Positions 10,312 through 20,114 of a stretch of DNA of 64,000 nt are shown here, one piece after another. Each line of letters opens with the position of its first letter. Position 1 is the first letter of the stretch. The stretch comes from an uncultured delta proteobacterium. GTDB taxonomy: Bacteria > Myxococcota_A > Polyangia > Fen-1088. The notes beneath the pieces were generated by a model. The model searched no databases. It was given only the letters and a program-made list of their open reading frames with translations, and was not told where the DNA came from. The position numbers were made by a program, and so were the translations under genes. The stretch is from NCBI GenBank assembly GCA_963737265.1, contig CAVTRY010000011.1:352001-416000 (forward strand), given 5' to 3'.

Positions 10312-11046
10312 CTACGCGCACAGCTCCTGGTGGATTCGCGTGGCGCCGTCGCGGGCAAGGGCATCGGCGTCGGCCGAGAGCACGAGCACGGTCGAGCGAT
10401 CGAACTTGGTGGCCTTGGCCGCGTCGAGGGGTGCGTCGCTGCGCACGGCTCGCGGGCGCGTTCGACAACCGCACAAGGCCGAGGCCAAGCCCAGGAGTTG
10501 CCGCTCACCGGGCCGGTCGGTGACCAGCAGAAGCTGGTCGCCAAAGTCCATGTCCTTGCGCCCAGCCATGTGGTCGACCAGCGCGGCGATAGCCCCCGCG
10601 CCCGCGACGACCACTCGCGAGGCCGGAACGACTTGAGAGACATCGGTCGCCGGAAGGGTGAGGCCCCAGATCTTGGCCAGGTGATCGAGGGTCCGAGAAG
10701 GGCGGGCGGCATCCGAGCCAGCGAGGCCCTGGGCAGCGCCACGGAGAATCTCCCCGGCTTCGCTCGGTGGCAGCGAAGACCATTCAGGTCCAAAAGGTTC
10801 GTCGGCGGCCAGGTTGGGCAGGCCGAACACCGCGGCGGCCGAGAACGCGGCCGGGTGCAGCGCGGCGCCATCCCGCAGGAGCAGGTCCAACCGATCGGCG
10901 TCGGTCAGCTCGCCGCGAAAGGCCTTCCAGCGAGCGCCGGCGTCGGGCGTGAACCGCTGCGCCCCCAGTCCGCGATCCTGCAGCGCCCGGAGCCCCAAGA
11001 CCCCTGAACGATAGAAATTTTGCAATTCACGCGGTGCGATTTCCAT
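10312..11046 (-). CDS. Hypothetical protein, first gene of the BREX-2 operon
   Basis: ~244-aa ORF MEIAPRELQNFYRSG...; stop lies 8 bp before the pglW ATG; no family recognised. Confidence 0.7.
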   Translation of the reverse strand: MEIAPRELQNFYRSGVLGLRALQDRGLGAQRFTPDAGARWKAFRGELTDADRLDLLLRDGAALHPAAFSAAAVFGLPNLAADEPFGPEWSSLPPSEAGEILRGAAQGLAGSDAARPSRTLDHLAKIWGLTLPATDVSQVVPASRVVVAGAGAIAALVDHMAGRKDMDFGDQLLLVTDRPGERQLLGLASALCGCRTRPRAVRSDAPLDAAKATKFDRSTVLVLSADADALARDGATRIHQELCA

Positions 11047-11429
11047 GTGCAGCCCTTCCGGCGTCCTCATCCCGGAACCAAGCGAAATCCGAGGACAAAT
11101 CAGCGCCTGAGGTTACTCCTGATGGGCGGCTGGGATCATCGGCCATGTTGAGTGCCTCCTTGTACGAATGCGCTATGCGCGAGCTCTTCCATCGTAAGGT
11201 CGGTGGGGTGGCCTGACGCCAGCTGGATGACAGGCACAGGGTATCACCTCCTGGAGGTCAGGGTCGGGGAGACACACGCGGGCTCGGCATCGCCGCCGGC
11301 GACAACATCAACCCCGAGGGTGTATCGATGTTCGAGCCCATGGGCGGCAGCGAGCTGCCCCAATACCCTAGCCCGAGCCGCGGATGGAGTTCTTGCGCCC
11401 TACACCCCCATCGATTTACGCCCATGAGC

Positions 11430-11456
11430 GGTCACATTTGTGCTTGGTCATCCGTC
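11430..11456 (+). promoter_or_regulatory. ECF41-type promoter (GGTCACA-N16-CGTC)
   Basis: Matches the ECF41 consensus TGTCACA-N16-CGTC at 10 of 11 positions with an exact 16-nt spacer; followed by GAGGAGG RBS and ATG 11478; ECF41 sigma gene downstream. Confidence 0.75.
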
Positions 11457-11477
11457 ATGTAGACAGAGGAGGATGAC

Positions 11478-12062
11478 ATGAAATCTGAAGAACAACCGAG
11501 TAGGCATGAGCAATACGCGCCGGGGGCCGCTTCTGGCGCTTGGGTCCGAAAAGATGGAGAGACGTGGACGCTCGTTCTCGTCCGCGACATCCCCCACGCT
11601 CCCGAAGAAGTTTGGAAGGCACTCACGGACACCGAGCGTCTACGCGAATGGTCCCCGTTCGACTCTGACCGGAACCTCGGGGTCCTTGGCGCCGCAAAGC
11701 TCTCGACTGTGGGGGCGCCGGCGCCGCATTTAACCGAGACCCAAGTGAGGCGAGCTGACGCGTCGAGGGCGCTCGAATATGGCTGGGGTGGAGCCGACCT
11801 CCGCTGGGCACTGGAGCCACTGGGAGACGGCAGCAGCACTCGGCTCACGCTTTGCCACGACATCGACCGTCGATTCATATCGATGGGCGCTGCGGGCTGG
11901 CACATCTGCTTCGATGTCCTGGAGAAGCTGCTCGCCGGTCAGCCCATTGGACGCATCGCCGGACCCGAGGTCATGAACTTTGGTGGCTGGCAGCGATTGA
12001 ACGCCGAGTACGCGAAGCAGCTCGGTGTCGAGACCCCCAATTGGTCGCCCAGCGCCCGGTAG
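11478..12062 (+). CDS. SRPBCC/AHSA1-like domain protein
   Basis: WTLVLVRDIPHAPEEVWKALTD..LREWSPF, GAAGWHICFDVL; strong RBS. Confidence 0.85.
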   Translation: MKSEEQPSRHEQYAPGAASGAWVRKDGETWTLVLVRDIPHAPEEVWKALTDTERLREWSPFDSDRNLGVLGAAKLSTVGAPAPHLTETQVRRADASRALEYGWGGADLRWALEPLGDGSSTRLTLCHDIDRRFISMGAAGWHICFDVLEKLLAGQPIGRIAGPEVMNFGGWQRLNAEYAKQLGVETPNWSPSAR

Positions 12063-12316
12063 GAGGAACCCATGGCAGGCCACGCCAGCGAGCGCCTCAC
12101 CGCGCGTTGAGTAACCGCTTTTTCGGGGACGAGCCCGACCACAGAAAGGTGTTGCTACTTGGACGCTGCGATTGCGCTGGCCGCGCGGGTTCCAGCGGCG
12201 CGACTAGCTAGGCGGCGCGGTGGAGATCCGGCTGGCTGAGAAGTACTGGTGATCTAGACTCGGTTCTGGTTGCCCCGGCGCTCGAAGGAGGGCTCCGGGC
12301 ATACCGCGGAGGTCGG

Positions 12317-13198
12317 ATGGACGAGAACGATTGGCTGGCCAAACGGTTTCACGAAACGCGTGCCCATCTGCGAGCGGTGGCGCATCGGATGCTCGGCTCG
12401 GCCACCGAGGCGGAGGATGCGCTGCAGGATGCCTGGCTGAAGTTGAGCCGCTCCGATACGCGAGAGGTGGAGAACGTGGGCGGCTGGCTGACGACGGTCG
12501 TCTCGCGGGTGTGTCTGGACATGCTGCGCGCGCGCCAGTCGCGGCGAGAGGAACCCCTTACGTCCGAAGCGGACGCGTCGACCAGCACTGACCCCGAGAC
12601 CGACGTCACGCTTGCGGATGCGATCGGCCCAGCCCTGCTGGTCGTCCTAGAAATGCTAGAGCCCCAGGAGCGAGTTGCGTTCGTGCTGCACGACATGTTC
12701 GATCTGTCGTTCGAGGAGATCGCGCACATCGTCGATCGCACGCCCGCCGCAACTCGGCAGCTCGCCAGTCGTGCGAGACGCCGCCTCCGCGGTGCTGCCG
12801 AGCCCGCTCCCGGCATTACTCCCCGTCGCGACTTGGTCAGCACGTTCTTGGCGGCAGCACGCGACGGCGACTTCGAACGACTGGTGGCTGTTCTGTCCCC
12901 CGCCGTGGTGTTGGTCGCCGACGAGCTGGCGGTGCGCACGTCCGCGGCGAACGAGCGGCACCGACCGCCTCGGCTAGCCCCTGAGGTTCGTGGCGCATTG
13001 CCGGTTGCCGGCGCCTTCAACGGGCGCACGCGCGGCGTATTGCCCGCTCTCATCGATGGTGAGCCTGGCGCGGCCTGGGCGATGGGGGGCCGGGTGCTCG
13101 CGGCGTGGATGTTCACGATCGAGCACGGGCAGATCACCGTGATCGATGTGATCATGGATCCCGGGCGTCTTGCCGCGCTCAACGTGCGGGTGGATTAG
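12317..13198 (+). CDS. ECF sigma-70 factor, ECF41/SigJ group with SnoaL-like C-terminal extension
   Basis: LRAVAHRMLGSATEAEDALQDAW, WLTTVVSRVCLDML, ERVAFVLHDMF, RQLASRARRR, FLAAARDGDFERLVAVL, terminal DPGRL (NPDKL-like). Confidence 0.9.
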   Translation: MDENDWLAKRFHETRAHLRAVAHRMLGSATEAEDALQDAWLKLSRSDTREVENVGGWLTTVVSRVCLDMLRARQSRREEPLTSEADASTSTDPETDVTLADAIGPALLVVLEMLEPQERVAFVLHDMFDLSFEEIAHIVDRTPAATRQLASRARRRLRGAAEPAPGITPRRDLVSTFLAAARDGDFERLVAVLSPAVVLVADELAVRTSAANERHRPPRLAPEVRGALPVAGAFNGRTRGVLPALIDGEPGAAWAMGGRVLAAWMFTIEHGQITVIDVIMDPGRLAALNVRVD

Positions 13199-13372
13199 CA
13201 CTACGGTGTCAGCTCGGCAGAGCCCCCAAACAGCAGCTTCTGCTCCGACACCTTGTACCGCCGGCAGCAGTTTTCTCCAGGATCTCTGGGGTTAGGTCGA
13301 ACCCCACCGAATCTTCAACACGCATCCGCAGGTGGGGTGAAGTCCGCGAATTTACTTCGCGGACGAGGGGAG

Positions 13373-13432
13373 GGCCGCGGCCCTCCCTTCAAAAATCTTC
13401 AAGACGGGTCCATTTATGGACACGTCTTGAGT
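13373..13432. repeat. 60-bp palindromic element, copy 1 (REP-like)
   Basis: ggccgcggccctcccttcaaaaatcttcaagacgggtccatttatggacacgtcttgagt; reverse complement at 36358-36417 (58/60); core hairpin tcaagacgggtccat-tt-atggacacgtcttga. Confidence 0.85.
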
Positions 13433-13552
13433 CATTGCGTGAGCATCCGATGGACGGCGTGGGTGGCGTTTGGATAGAGCGTTGGATCCGGGACGGACCC
13501 TACCCGATTGCGTACCAGGACGCATCTCATGTCGCTCTCCTTCGCGTTTGCG

Positions 13553-14359
13553 CTAGTCGCTCTCGGCGGTGAGGTGAAGGAAGACTCCGGCAATGGGCTG
13601 GCGGCCGTCGGTGCCGAAGGTAATGGGCAAAGCCAAGCCGACCTTCATGACTGGAATAAGGGGACCTATCGCGCGAATGCCGACGGAAATCCCAGGGCCG
13701 ACCATGTAGGGGGCCAGTCGACCGAGATCGATACTGTTCTCGATGCCCAGCGAGTTGAGCTGTTCGCGCCCCCAGGTGACGAGAACGGCCATCTCCGCCA
13801 AGACGGGCAACTTCCGGGGAGAATCTCCGCCGAAGCTCATACCAGCGCTGGGACGCAGCACCAGCCGGTCGTGCCGCCAGGCAACGCGCAACCTCACGGC
13901 GTAGGGCAGGAAAGATTCACCTGCCTCGAAACCCTGGTCGGCCAGTCGAGTCTGGTCAATCGATTGCTCGCCCAGGCGGGCGCTAGCTTCGAGCTGAACA
14001 TGGATTTCCCGCTTCCAGTCGTGCCAGATGGATAGTCCGAGTGAGGGCGCCACCTCGAAGAGCTCTGTTTGCCTCTGCGAGCGTGCGTCGCCGCCCGAGA
14101 ACTCCAGGCCCAGGCCGAGGCCGGCCCAGCGGGTGAGTCGATACTCGAGCTCAGTCTCCGAGCGCCAGAAGAGCGCGCCGTCGCTTCGCCGTCGTAGCAG
14201 GGTGGCGCTGGAATCCACCTCTATCTCGCCGCTCGTCGCGCTGTCGACGTCCGTCACTGCCTCGCCCATGACCGGCTCCGCAATCGGAGTAGCCGCGGCG
14301 CGACCGGCCGTGGTCAACACAGCCATCAAGCACCAGACTGGCCGGCTCGGCGACCGCAT
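13553..14359 (-). CDS. Hypothetical exported protein, possible outer-membrane beta-barrel
   Basis: Signal-peptide-like start (MRSPSRPVWCLMAVLTTAGRAAA), alternating hydrophobic strands, ELEYRLTRWAGLGLGLEF. Confidence 0.55.
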   Translation of the reverse strand: MRSPSRPVWCLMAVLTTAGRAAATPIAEPVMGEAVTDVDSATSGEIEVDSSATLLRRRSDGALFWRSETELEYRLTRWAGLGLGLEFSGGDARSQRQTELFEVAPSLGLSIWHDWKREIHVQLEASARLGEQSIDQTRLADQGFEAGESFLPYAVRLRVAWRHDRLVLRPSAGMSFGGDSPRKLPVLAEMAVLVTWGREQLNSLGIENSIDLGRLAPYMVGPGISVGIRAIGPLIPVMKVGLALPITFGTDGRQPIAGVFLHLTAESD

Positions 14360-14484
14360 GTTTCGGTGCACGAGGCAGATTGTAGCCCAAACACGACCCA
14401 CCGCGGAGCCGAGCACGCAGGTCTCAAATGTGCGTTCAACAATGTCTTGGACGGTCCATGACCTCGAAACGCATAATCGAAATC

Positions 14485-15393
14485 ATGAAGGCAGTTCAGT
14501 ATAGCGAATACGGAGGCCCGGAGGTTCTGCGTGTCGTCGAGATCGACGAGCCGCACGCTGGTCCCGGCCAGGTGCGGATCGCAGTCCGGGCCGCCGGGGT
14601 CAACCCATCGGACTGGAAAGATCGGGCGGGAGATGCCCGCGATGCCACGCCGGTTCCATTGCCCTCCGGTGTCGGCTTCGAGGCGTCGGGCGTCGTGGAC
14701 GAGGTCGGCCCAGGCGTTTCGAATGTGTCCATCGGCGACGCCGTGTTCGGCTACGGCGCGAACACGGTGGCCCAGTATGCGGTTCTCACACACTGGGCTC
14801 GCAAGCCAGACGATCTGTCGTTTGAGGTTGCGGGTGGGCTTCCCGTGATCGTCGAAACGGCTTGGCGCTGTCTCGAGCAGATCGGCGTGAAATCCGGGGA
14901 GACGCTCCTGGTGAGCGGAGCCGCGGGCGGGGTTGGCTCGGCCGTCATCCAGCTCGCGCGCCTCCGCGGGATTACCGTTATCGGCACGGCGAGCACGCAA
15001 AAGCACGACTATGTGCGCGGGCTCGGCGCCATCCCGACAACCTACGGACGGGGCCTGGCGGAACGGGTGAGGATGCTCGCGCCGGAGGGTGTGGACGCAG
15101 CCCTCGATGTCGCCGGCTCGGGGATCATCCCGGATCTGATCGACATCGTCGGTGATCCTTCGCGGGTGCTTTCCGCCGCCGATCCCACGGCTCCGCAGTA
15201 CGGCGCGAGGTTCTGTCACGGACCTCCGAAACATGCGGAGCGGATCTTCGCTGAGGTTGCTCGGCTTTGTACCCAGGGCCTTTTCCGTCTGCGCGTGGAG
15301 CGGACCTTCCCGATCGAGCAAACGGCAACGGCGCAGGAGGTCAGTGCCAGGGGGCACGTCACGGGCAAGCTCATCATTTGCGTCGCGCAGTAG
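14485..15393 (+). CDS. NADP-dependent oxidoreductase (MDR/quinone oxidoreductase family)
   Basis: MKAVQYSEYGGPEVL, AAGVNPSDWK, SGAAGGVGSA, GKLII. Confidence 0.9.
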   Translation: MKAVQYSEYGGPEVLRVVEIDEPHAGPGQVRIAVRAAGVNPSDWKDRAGDARDATPVPLPSGVGFEASGVVDEVGPGVSNVSIGDAVFGYGANTVAQYAVLTHWARKPDDLSFEVAGGLPVIVETAWRCLEQIGVKSGETLLVSGAAGGVGSAVIQLARLRGITVIGTASTQKHDYVRGLGAIPTTYGRGLAERVRMLAPEGVDAALDVAGSGIIPDLIDIVGDPSRVLSAADPTAPQYGARFCHGPPKHAERIFAEVARLCTQGLFRLRVERTFPIEQTATAQEVSARGHVTGKLIICVAQ

Positions 15394-15452
15394 ACCTTTA
15401 CGCCTGATCGGAAAGAGTGCATCTCGCTCGTCGCGAGGGTCACATGCACCGA

Positions 15453-16730
15453 TCACCTGCCCTTCGGATCGGCTATCGGTCGCCCGAAGCGCTTGCGCGC
15501 GAGATCGCCGCGCCGGGGAACGAAGGTGCCGTCGGCCATCTCCTTGCTGACCACCTTCTGCAACAGCTTGTACATTCGGTGCGTTTGCGGTTCGTCGCGA
15601 TAGAAGACGTCCCAGGCGTCGCGATAGAGCTCCAGCAGGCGGTCCGGGGTCATGTGGCGCGGCTGGAAGACGACCTTGTCGGCGGTGTAGCTGTCCCAGT
15701 CCGAGGTCAGGATGCGCCCCTCTTTGACCAAGTCGTCGCGCGCACGGGTGTGAGGGAAGGGGGTGAGGATGGTGAATTCGGCCAGGTCGAGCTCGATCTC
15801 CAGCAGGAAATCCACCAGGCGCTTGATGTCGTCTTCGGTCTGGTCGTCGAGCCCGAGCAGGATGGTGCCCTCGACGGCGATGCCGTGGGCGTGGTAGCGG
15901 GCGACGCGGCGGCGGATGAAGTCGGAGGTGTCGAACACCGCTTGATAGACGTACCAGGCGCCGGCCTGGGCGGCGAGATCCAGCACTTGGTCGTCGTCCT
16001 CGATGGGGTGCGAGCACCACTTCTTCTTGAGCGGAATCATCTCGCGAAAGAGATCCAGCTCCCATTGCTTGTCCTGAGCGAGCGAATTGTCGACGAGGAA
16101 GAGGCGATCGTTGTCGATGCCTGACAGTTCTTCGACCACGCGGTCGAGCGGCCGCGGGCGAAAGCAGCGACCGCCGAGATAGCTGACGGCACACGGGTAG
16201 CAGTCGAAGCGGCAGCCGCGCGAGGCGTGGAACAGATCCACCATGCGCACGCCTTTGTAGTGGTAGAGTCCGCGCCGCAGAATCGAGCGGCGCGCGGGGC
16301 CCACAAGCCGGGTATCGGGGGGAGACGCGAGGAAGTCGTAGGTCGGCTTGAGCTTGCCCTTGCACAGGTCGGCGAAGACTTGCTCCATGCGGCCCTCGGC
16401 CTCGCCCAGAAATACCGAGTCGGCGTGGGTCTGGGTTTCTTCCGCGTGCAACATGGTGGCGATGCCGCCAAAGATGACGGGCACGCCGCGGCGGCGGTAT
16501 TCGTCGGCGATGGCCCAGCCGCGCTTCACCTGGCTGGTGAGCATCATGGAGATGCCGACGAAATCCACCGCATCGTCGAGGTTGAGCGCCTCGACGTTCT
16601 CGTCGACGAAGTCCACGTCGACGTCGGCGGGCAGGGCGGCGGCGAACACAACCGGGCCGTGCGGCGGCAGGTGAAACTCCGTTTGCCCGCTGAGCTTGGG
16701 CCACTTGGGATAGATAAGGCGAAACCTCAC
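15453..16730 (-). CDS. B12-binding radical SAM protein
   Basis: N-terminal cobalamin-binding domain (VIFGGIATM, GEAEG), SRGCRFDCYPC (CxxxCxxC), ILTPFPHT. Confidence 0.9.
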   Translation of the reverse strand: MRFRLIYPKWPKLSGQTEFHLPPHGPVVFAAALPADVDVDFVDENVEALNLDDAVDFVGISMMLTSQVKRGWAIADEYRRRGVPVIFGGIATMLHAEETQTHADSVFLGEAEGRMEQVFADLCKGKLKPTYDFLASPPDTRLVGPARRSILRRGLYHYKGVRMVDLFHASRGCRFDCYPCAVSYLGGRCFRPRPLDRVVEELSGIDNDRLFLVDNSLAQDKQWELDLFREMIPLKKKWCSHPIEDDDQVLDLAAQAGAWYVYQAVFDTSDFIRRRVARYHAHGIAVEGTILLGLDDQTEDDIKRLVDFLLEIELDLAEFTILTPFPHTRARDDLVKEGRILTSDWDSYTADKVVFQPRHMTPDRLLELYRDAWDVFYRDEPQTHRMYKLLQKVVSKEMADGTFVPRRGDLARKRFGRPIADPKGR

Positions 16731-16760
16731 GCTGAGCTCCTAGCACGTGAATTGGGCGGT

Positions 16761-17411
16761 TCACTCATGGTCGACCAGCCGCATGTCGAGTTGATAACCG
16801 CCCCCCGGAACGCGCAGCCGAACTTCCGGGAAGAATCCGTCCGGCGCGGTGCCGACCAGCTCGATCTCGCGCGTGGGGTGCACGTCGCGGTAGGTGCGGA
16901 TGAAGCGTGGTCCGTCCGCGGCGAGCTCAACGTCGGTGGTTTCGTCACCCGGCCGCGACCAACGGCAGACGACCTCGCCGGTCGGGTAGCGGCCGATGGC
17001 AGTGGGTTCGCCGGCGGGCGAAAGGTAGACATGCCCGACGTCCGCCATCAGCGATTGGGCAAAAGCGGGACGGTCGAAGGGCGGAACGGCGCGATGAACG
17101 ACGAGGGCAGGTCCGCCCGCGCCGTCCCTGCCTTGGGTCCCGTCGAACAGGCTGATGCCTTCGGGTGAAAGTAGAACCGCATGCAATTCGCCCCCGGTCG
17201 CCGCTGTCACGCCAACCAGGCCGCTGTTCTGGCCGAAGGGCAGCGAGGCGAAGATGGCGTGGGTGGCGCGCCAGGGCTGGGCGGGAAAGGCGTGGCGGCA
17301 GCGGGCGCTGACTTGCGCTGGGGTGCCGTCGCTGACGACAGGCGCGAGCGGCGGCAGGTGGGCGCAGGCCGAAGCCAGAGCAAGCGCGACGAGGAGAACG
17401 GATCGGCGCAT
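16761..17411 (-). CDS. Lipoprotein, DUF3261-like
   Basis: Lipobox LASAC; LLSPEGISLF segment; lies next to LolA in a FAS/PKS cluster. Confidence 0.65.
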   Translation of the reverse strand: MRRSVLLVALALASACAHLPPLAPVVSDGTPAQVSARCRHAFPAQPWRATHAIFASLPFGQNSGLVGVTAATGGELHAVLLSPEGISLFDGTQGRDGAGGPALVVHRAVPPFDRPAFAQSLMADVGHVYLSPAGEPTAIGRYPTGEVVCRWSRPGDETTDVELAADGPRFIRTYRDVHPTREIELVGTAPDGFFPEVRLRVPGGGYQLDMRLVDHE

Positions 17412-17413
17412 GG

Positions 17414-18061
17414 CTACCGGGGCGCCTCGAAAAGCTGGTCCGGGATCGGTCGACCGTAGTGGGCGTCCTCGAAGGTGATGTGGGTGACGCCTTCGCCCTC
17501 CTCGTAGATGTCGATGGCGTTCACCGTGCCGGGACGCTCGGCGAAGATGATGGCGATGTGGGAAATGATCTTGCCGAGCGACGGATCCACCGGCAACAGC
17601 TCGACGCGTGCGGGCTGGCCCGGCTCGGCCAGGTGCAATTCAGGACGAAACGTCCGGCTGGCGGAGAAATTGCCGTCGAGCCACAGGTTGATTTCGCCGA
17701 GGACGATCTTCATGGCTTCGAGCTTGGCGCTGGCGTCGGCGACCCACGCACCGTCGTGCTGTATCAGGCGCCGTACGTTGCCGGCGCGCACGACGAGCAA
17801 GGTCTGAAGCGGGCTCCGGTATTCCCAGCGCAGGTCGTTAGGGCGCCGGTAAGCCATGATTCCGCGCGAAACCAGCGGCCGCGACAGAATCTTGAGCGTG
17901 CGCGTCTGCACGAATGAGGTTTCGATGGTCTTGATGCCGGCGGCGGCAGCGCGGATGCTGTCCCAATTCCGGTACCAGGCGGGCTCTGCGCCGAGCGCTG
18001 GAGTGGCAGCCAAAAGTAGCAAGAGTGGATAGACCAGGACAAGCCCGACACGGATGTGCAT
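17414..18061 (-). CDS. LolA-like outer-membrane lipoprotein carrier protein
   Basis: Signal peptide, FVQTRTLKILSRPLVSRG, LRWEYRSP; ATG at 18061 just after the fabG stop. Confidence 0.85.
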   Translation of the reverse strand: MHIRVGLVLVYPLLLLLAATPALGAEPAWYRNWDSIRAAAAGIKTIETSFVQTRTLKILSRPLVSRGIMAYRRPNDLRWEYRSPLQTLLVVRAGNVRRLIQHDGAWVADASAKLEAMKIVLGEINLWLDGNFSASRTFRPELHLAEPGQPARVELLPVDPSLGKIISHIAIIFAERPGTVNAIDIYEEGEGVTHITFEDAHYGRPIPDQLFEAPR

Positions 18062-18063
18062 GG

Positions 18064-18804
18064 CTAGACCATCCCGCCGTTGACCGAAATTACCTGGCCC
18101 GTAATGTACGAGGCGTCGTCGGAGCACAGGAAACGCACCACGCGCGCGACCTCTTCGGGCAATCCGCAGCGCCCCATGGGGATCATCTTCTTTAGAATGT
18201 CGAGTGGCAGATCCTTGACCATGTCGGTCTGGATGAGCCCGGGCGCCACAGCGTTCACGCGGATGCCGATACGGGCAACTTCCGAGGCCAGGGCGCGCGT
18301 TGCTCCGATGAGCCCCGCCTTGGCGGCGGCGTAATTGGCCTGGCCGCGGTTGCCGATCAGGCCCGACACGGACGAAATGGTAACCACGCTGCCTTTTTTT
18401 TCCGGAATCATCTTTTGGATGACGGGTTTGGTGACATTGAAGAATCCATCGAGCGAGGTGTCGGTGACTTTGTGCCAATCCTGGCTCGACATCATGGCGA
18501 AAAGTCCGTCGGCGACGACGCCGGCATTGTTGACCAGGACGGCGACGCGCTCATGCCGTTCGAAGAGCGGTCCAAGCGCCGCATTCACGGCGGCCTCGTC
18601 GGCGACATCGAAGGGACAGAGCTCGCCCAGGCCACCCTGCGCCTCAATCTGCGCCAGCGTCTGCCGGGCAGTCTCCTCGTTGCTCTTGTAGTTCACGGCG
18701 ACGTGCAAGCCCTGAGCAGCAAGCTCCAGCGCGATTGCGCGTCCAATGCCGCGCCCGGCGCCCGTGACCAGCGCCAGCGCGGGCGCGGAGGTTGTTTCCG
18801 TCAT
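18064..18804 (-). CDS. fabG: 3-oxoacyl-ACP reductase
   Basis: TGAGRGIG, NNAG, GQANYAAAKAG, ITGQVISVNGG. Confidence 0.92.
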   Translation of the reverse strand: MTETTSAPALALVTGAGRGIGRAIALELAAQGLHVAVNYKSNEETARQTLAQIEAQGGLGELCPFDVADEAAVNAALGPLFERHERVAVLVNNAGVVADGLFAMMSSQDWHKVTDTSLDGFFNVTKPVIQKMIPEKKGSVVTISSVSGLIGNRGQANYAAAKAGLIGATRALASEVARIGIRVNAVAPGLIQTDMVKDLPLDILKKMIPMGRCGLPEEVARVVRFLCSDDASYITGQVISVNGGMV

Positions 18805-19269
18805 GCCGAGTCTCCAGTCTCAATGGGTGCGTCGGGCCGATAGGCTTGAATCGAACCGCTGAGCCACAAGAGCCCGTCGGCGTCGGTAACCAAGCCGTCG
18901 AAGGCAAGGTAGTTGGGGGCGCCATGGGAGATGCGCGCGCAACAACGCAACCGCGTGCCCACCGGGATGGTAGCCGCGTACAGCTTGGCTGCCGGGACGC
19001 CCACCAGCAAGCCGCCCGTGGCAGGCTGATTCTTCTGTCGTTCTCGCCATCCCTGCAGGGCTGCCGCGGCTTGCGCGATGAGCTCGATGAGCACCAGGGT
19101 TCGCACTTGGCCGTCCCGCGCGGTTGGCCAGGCGTCGTGGACAACGGCTTCCACCTCGATGGATTCATCATCGACCCGCACCACGGACTCGGCGAGCCGC
19201 ATGCGTGACCGATGGGGAATCAGAATCCTCGATGTTCAAACACGGGTTGGTCGCGTCGCTGGCGTTCAT
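18801..19269 (-). CDS. Hotdog-fold 3-hydroxyacyl-ACP dehydratase (ApeP/FabA-like), apparent frameshift near 19224
   Basis: ATG 19269 gives MNASDATNPCLNIED; removing one base continues LIPHRSRMRL...IELIAQAAAA, GLLVGV. Confidence 0.75.
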
Positions 19270-20114
19270 GGTAGGTGCAAAGGGCTATCGCCGTGCTCCA
19301 CCCAGCGGGGCGGCGTGGCTCCGTTGGCGAGCGGAGCCATGGCGAGACCGACGACGGCGTCGCACATCCGACCTGCTTCGTCCATCAGCCAAAGGTCGCA
19401 CAACAGGCGGCGGGGTTCGACCAACCGGGGAACGACGATACAGCGCCGTTCCCCTTGTGCTGTCGCAAAGGCAATTGTGCGCGCGGCGAAGCCGGTGGGA
19501 TAGGCCACGTAGCCCGCGTAGCGCTGGCCCCAAAGGCACGCCAGGTGCATCGCGCTGTCGAGGAGATACGGGCATCCGGCCAACGACGGATTGGACCTTG
19601 CGGGCTCAGGCGAGCGCACGGTGCCCTCGGCGCCAGTGCAGCCGAGTCGCACCGGCCCGCGCAGGTTGCGGAAGCGCGGTCCAAAGGGAATGAGATCGGA
19701 ATACGCGCGATCGGCCGCTAGCTCGAAATCGTGGGTGAGGGCGGGTGGCAGCGGCGTTTCCGGACAGGGTCCGCCGACCGTGACCATCGCGTGGGTGCGC
19801 GTGCGGTGGATGCCTCCCGCGAGCAGAATGCGCGAGGTCAGCGTGGCCCGCGTACCAGCTGTCCCGTCTTCGAGCGTGACCGCGAAAGCGCAGCGTGGAG
19901 CTTCCGCCGCGGGCAGAAAGCGCGGAAAGGACGCGTTCGTCATCGCCAGCGGTGAAGATAGGGCATCCTCGCGCGTGCTGTTCGCGGTCACGGCCTTGAC
20001 CAAAAGATCGAGAAGCTCGACCGCCGGTACCGTGGCTTTGCCGGCAATGGCGTGGTCTGCCACGTCGGGCAAGTCAGGCAGGGTCGCGAAAAAGACGCGC
20101 GCCACGATCGTCAC
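19266..20114 (-). CDS. Stand-alone polyketide-synthase dehydratase (double hotdog)-like protein
   Basis: ADHAIAGKATVPA (HxxxGxxxxP), FGPRFRNL, LLDSAMH; GTG 20114 overlaps the upstream stop. Confidence 0.8.
   Translation of the reverse strand: MTIVARVFFATLPDLPDVADHAIAGKATVPAVELLDLLVKAVTANSTREDALSSPLAMTNASFPRFLPAAEAPRCAFAVTLEDGTAGTRATLTSRILLAGGIHRTRTHAMVTVGGPCPETPLPPALTHDFELAADRAYSDLIPFGPRFRNLRGPVRLGCTGAEGTVRSPEPARSNPSLAGCPYLLDSAMHLACLWGQRYAGYVAYPTGFAARTIAFATAQGERRCIVVPRLVEPRRLLCDLWLMDEAGRMCDAVVGLAMAPLANGATPPRWVEHGDSPLHLP

Noticed and set aside
14326-16764. 812-aa minus-strand ORF
   Set aside because: Arg-rich shadow frame overlapping the radical SAM and oxidoreductase genes
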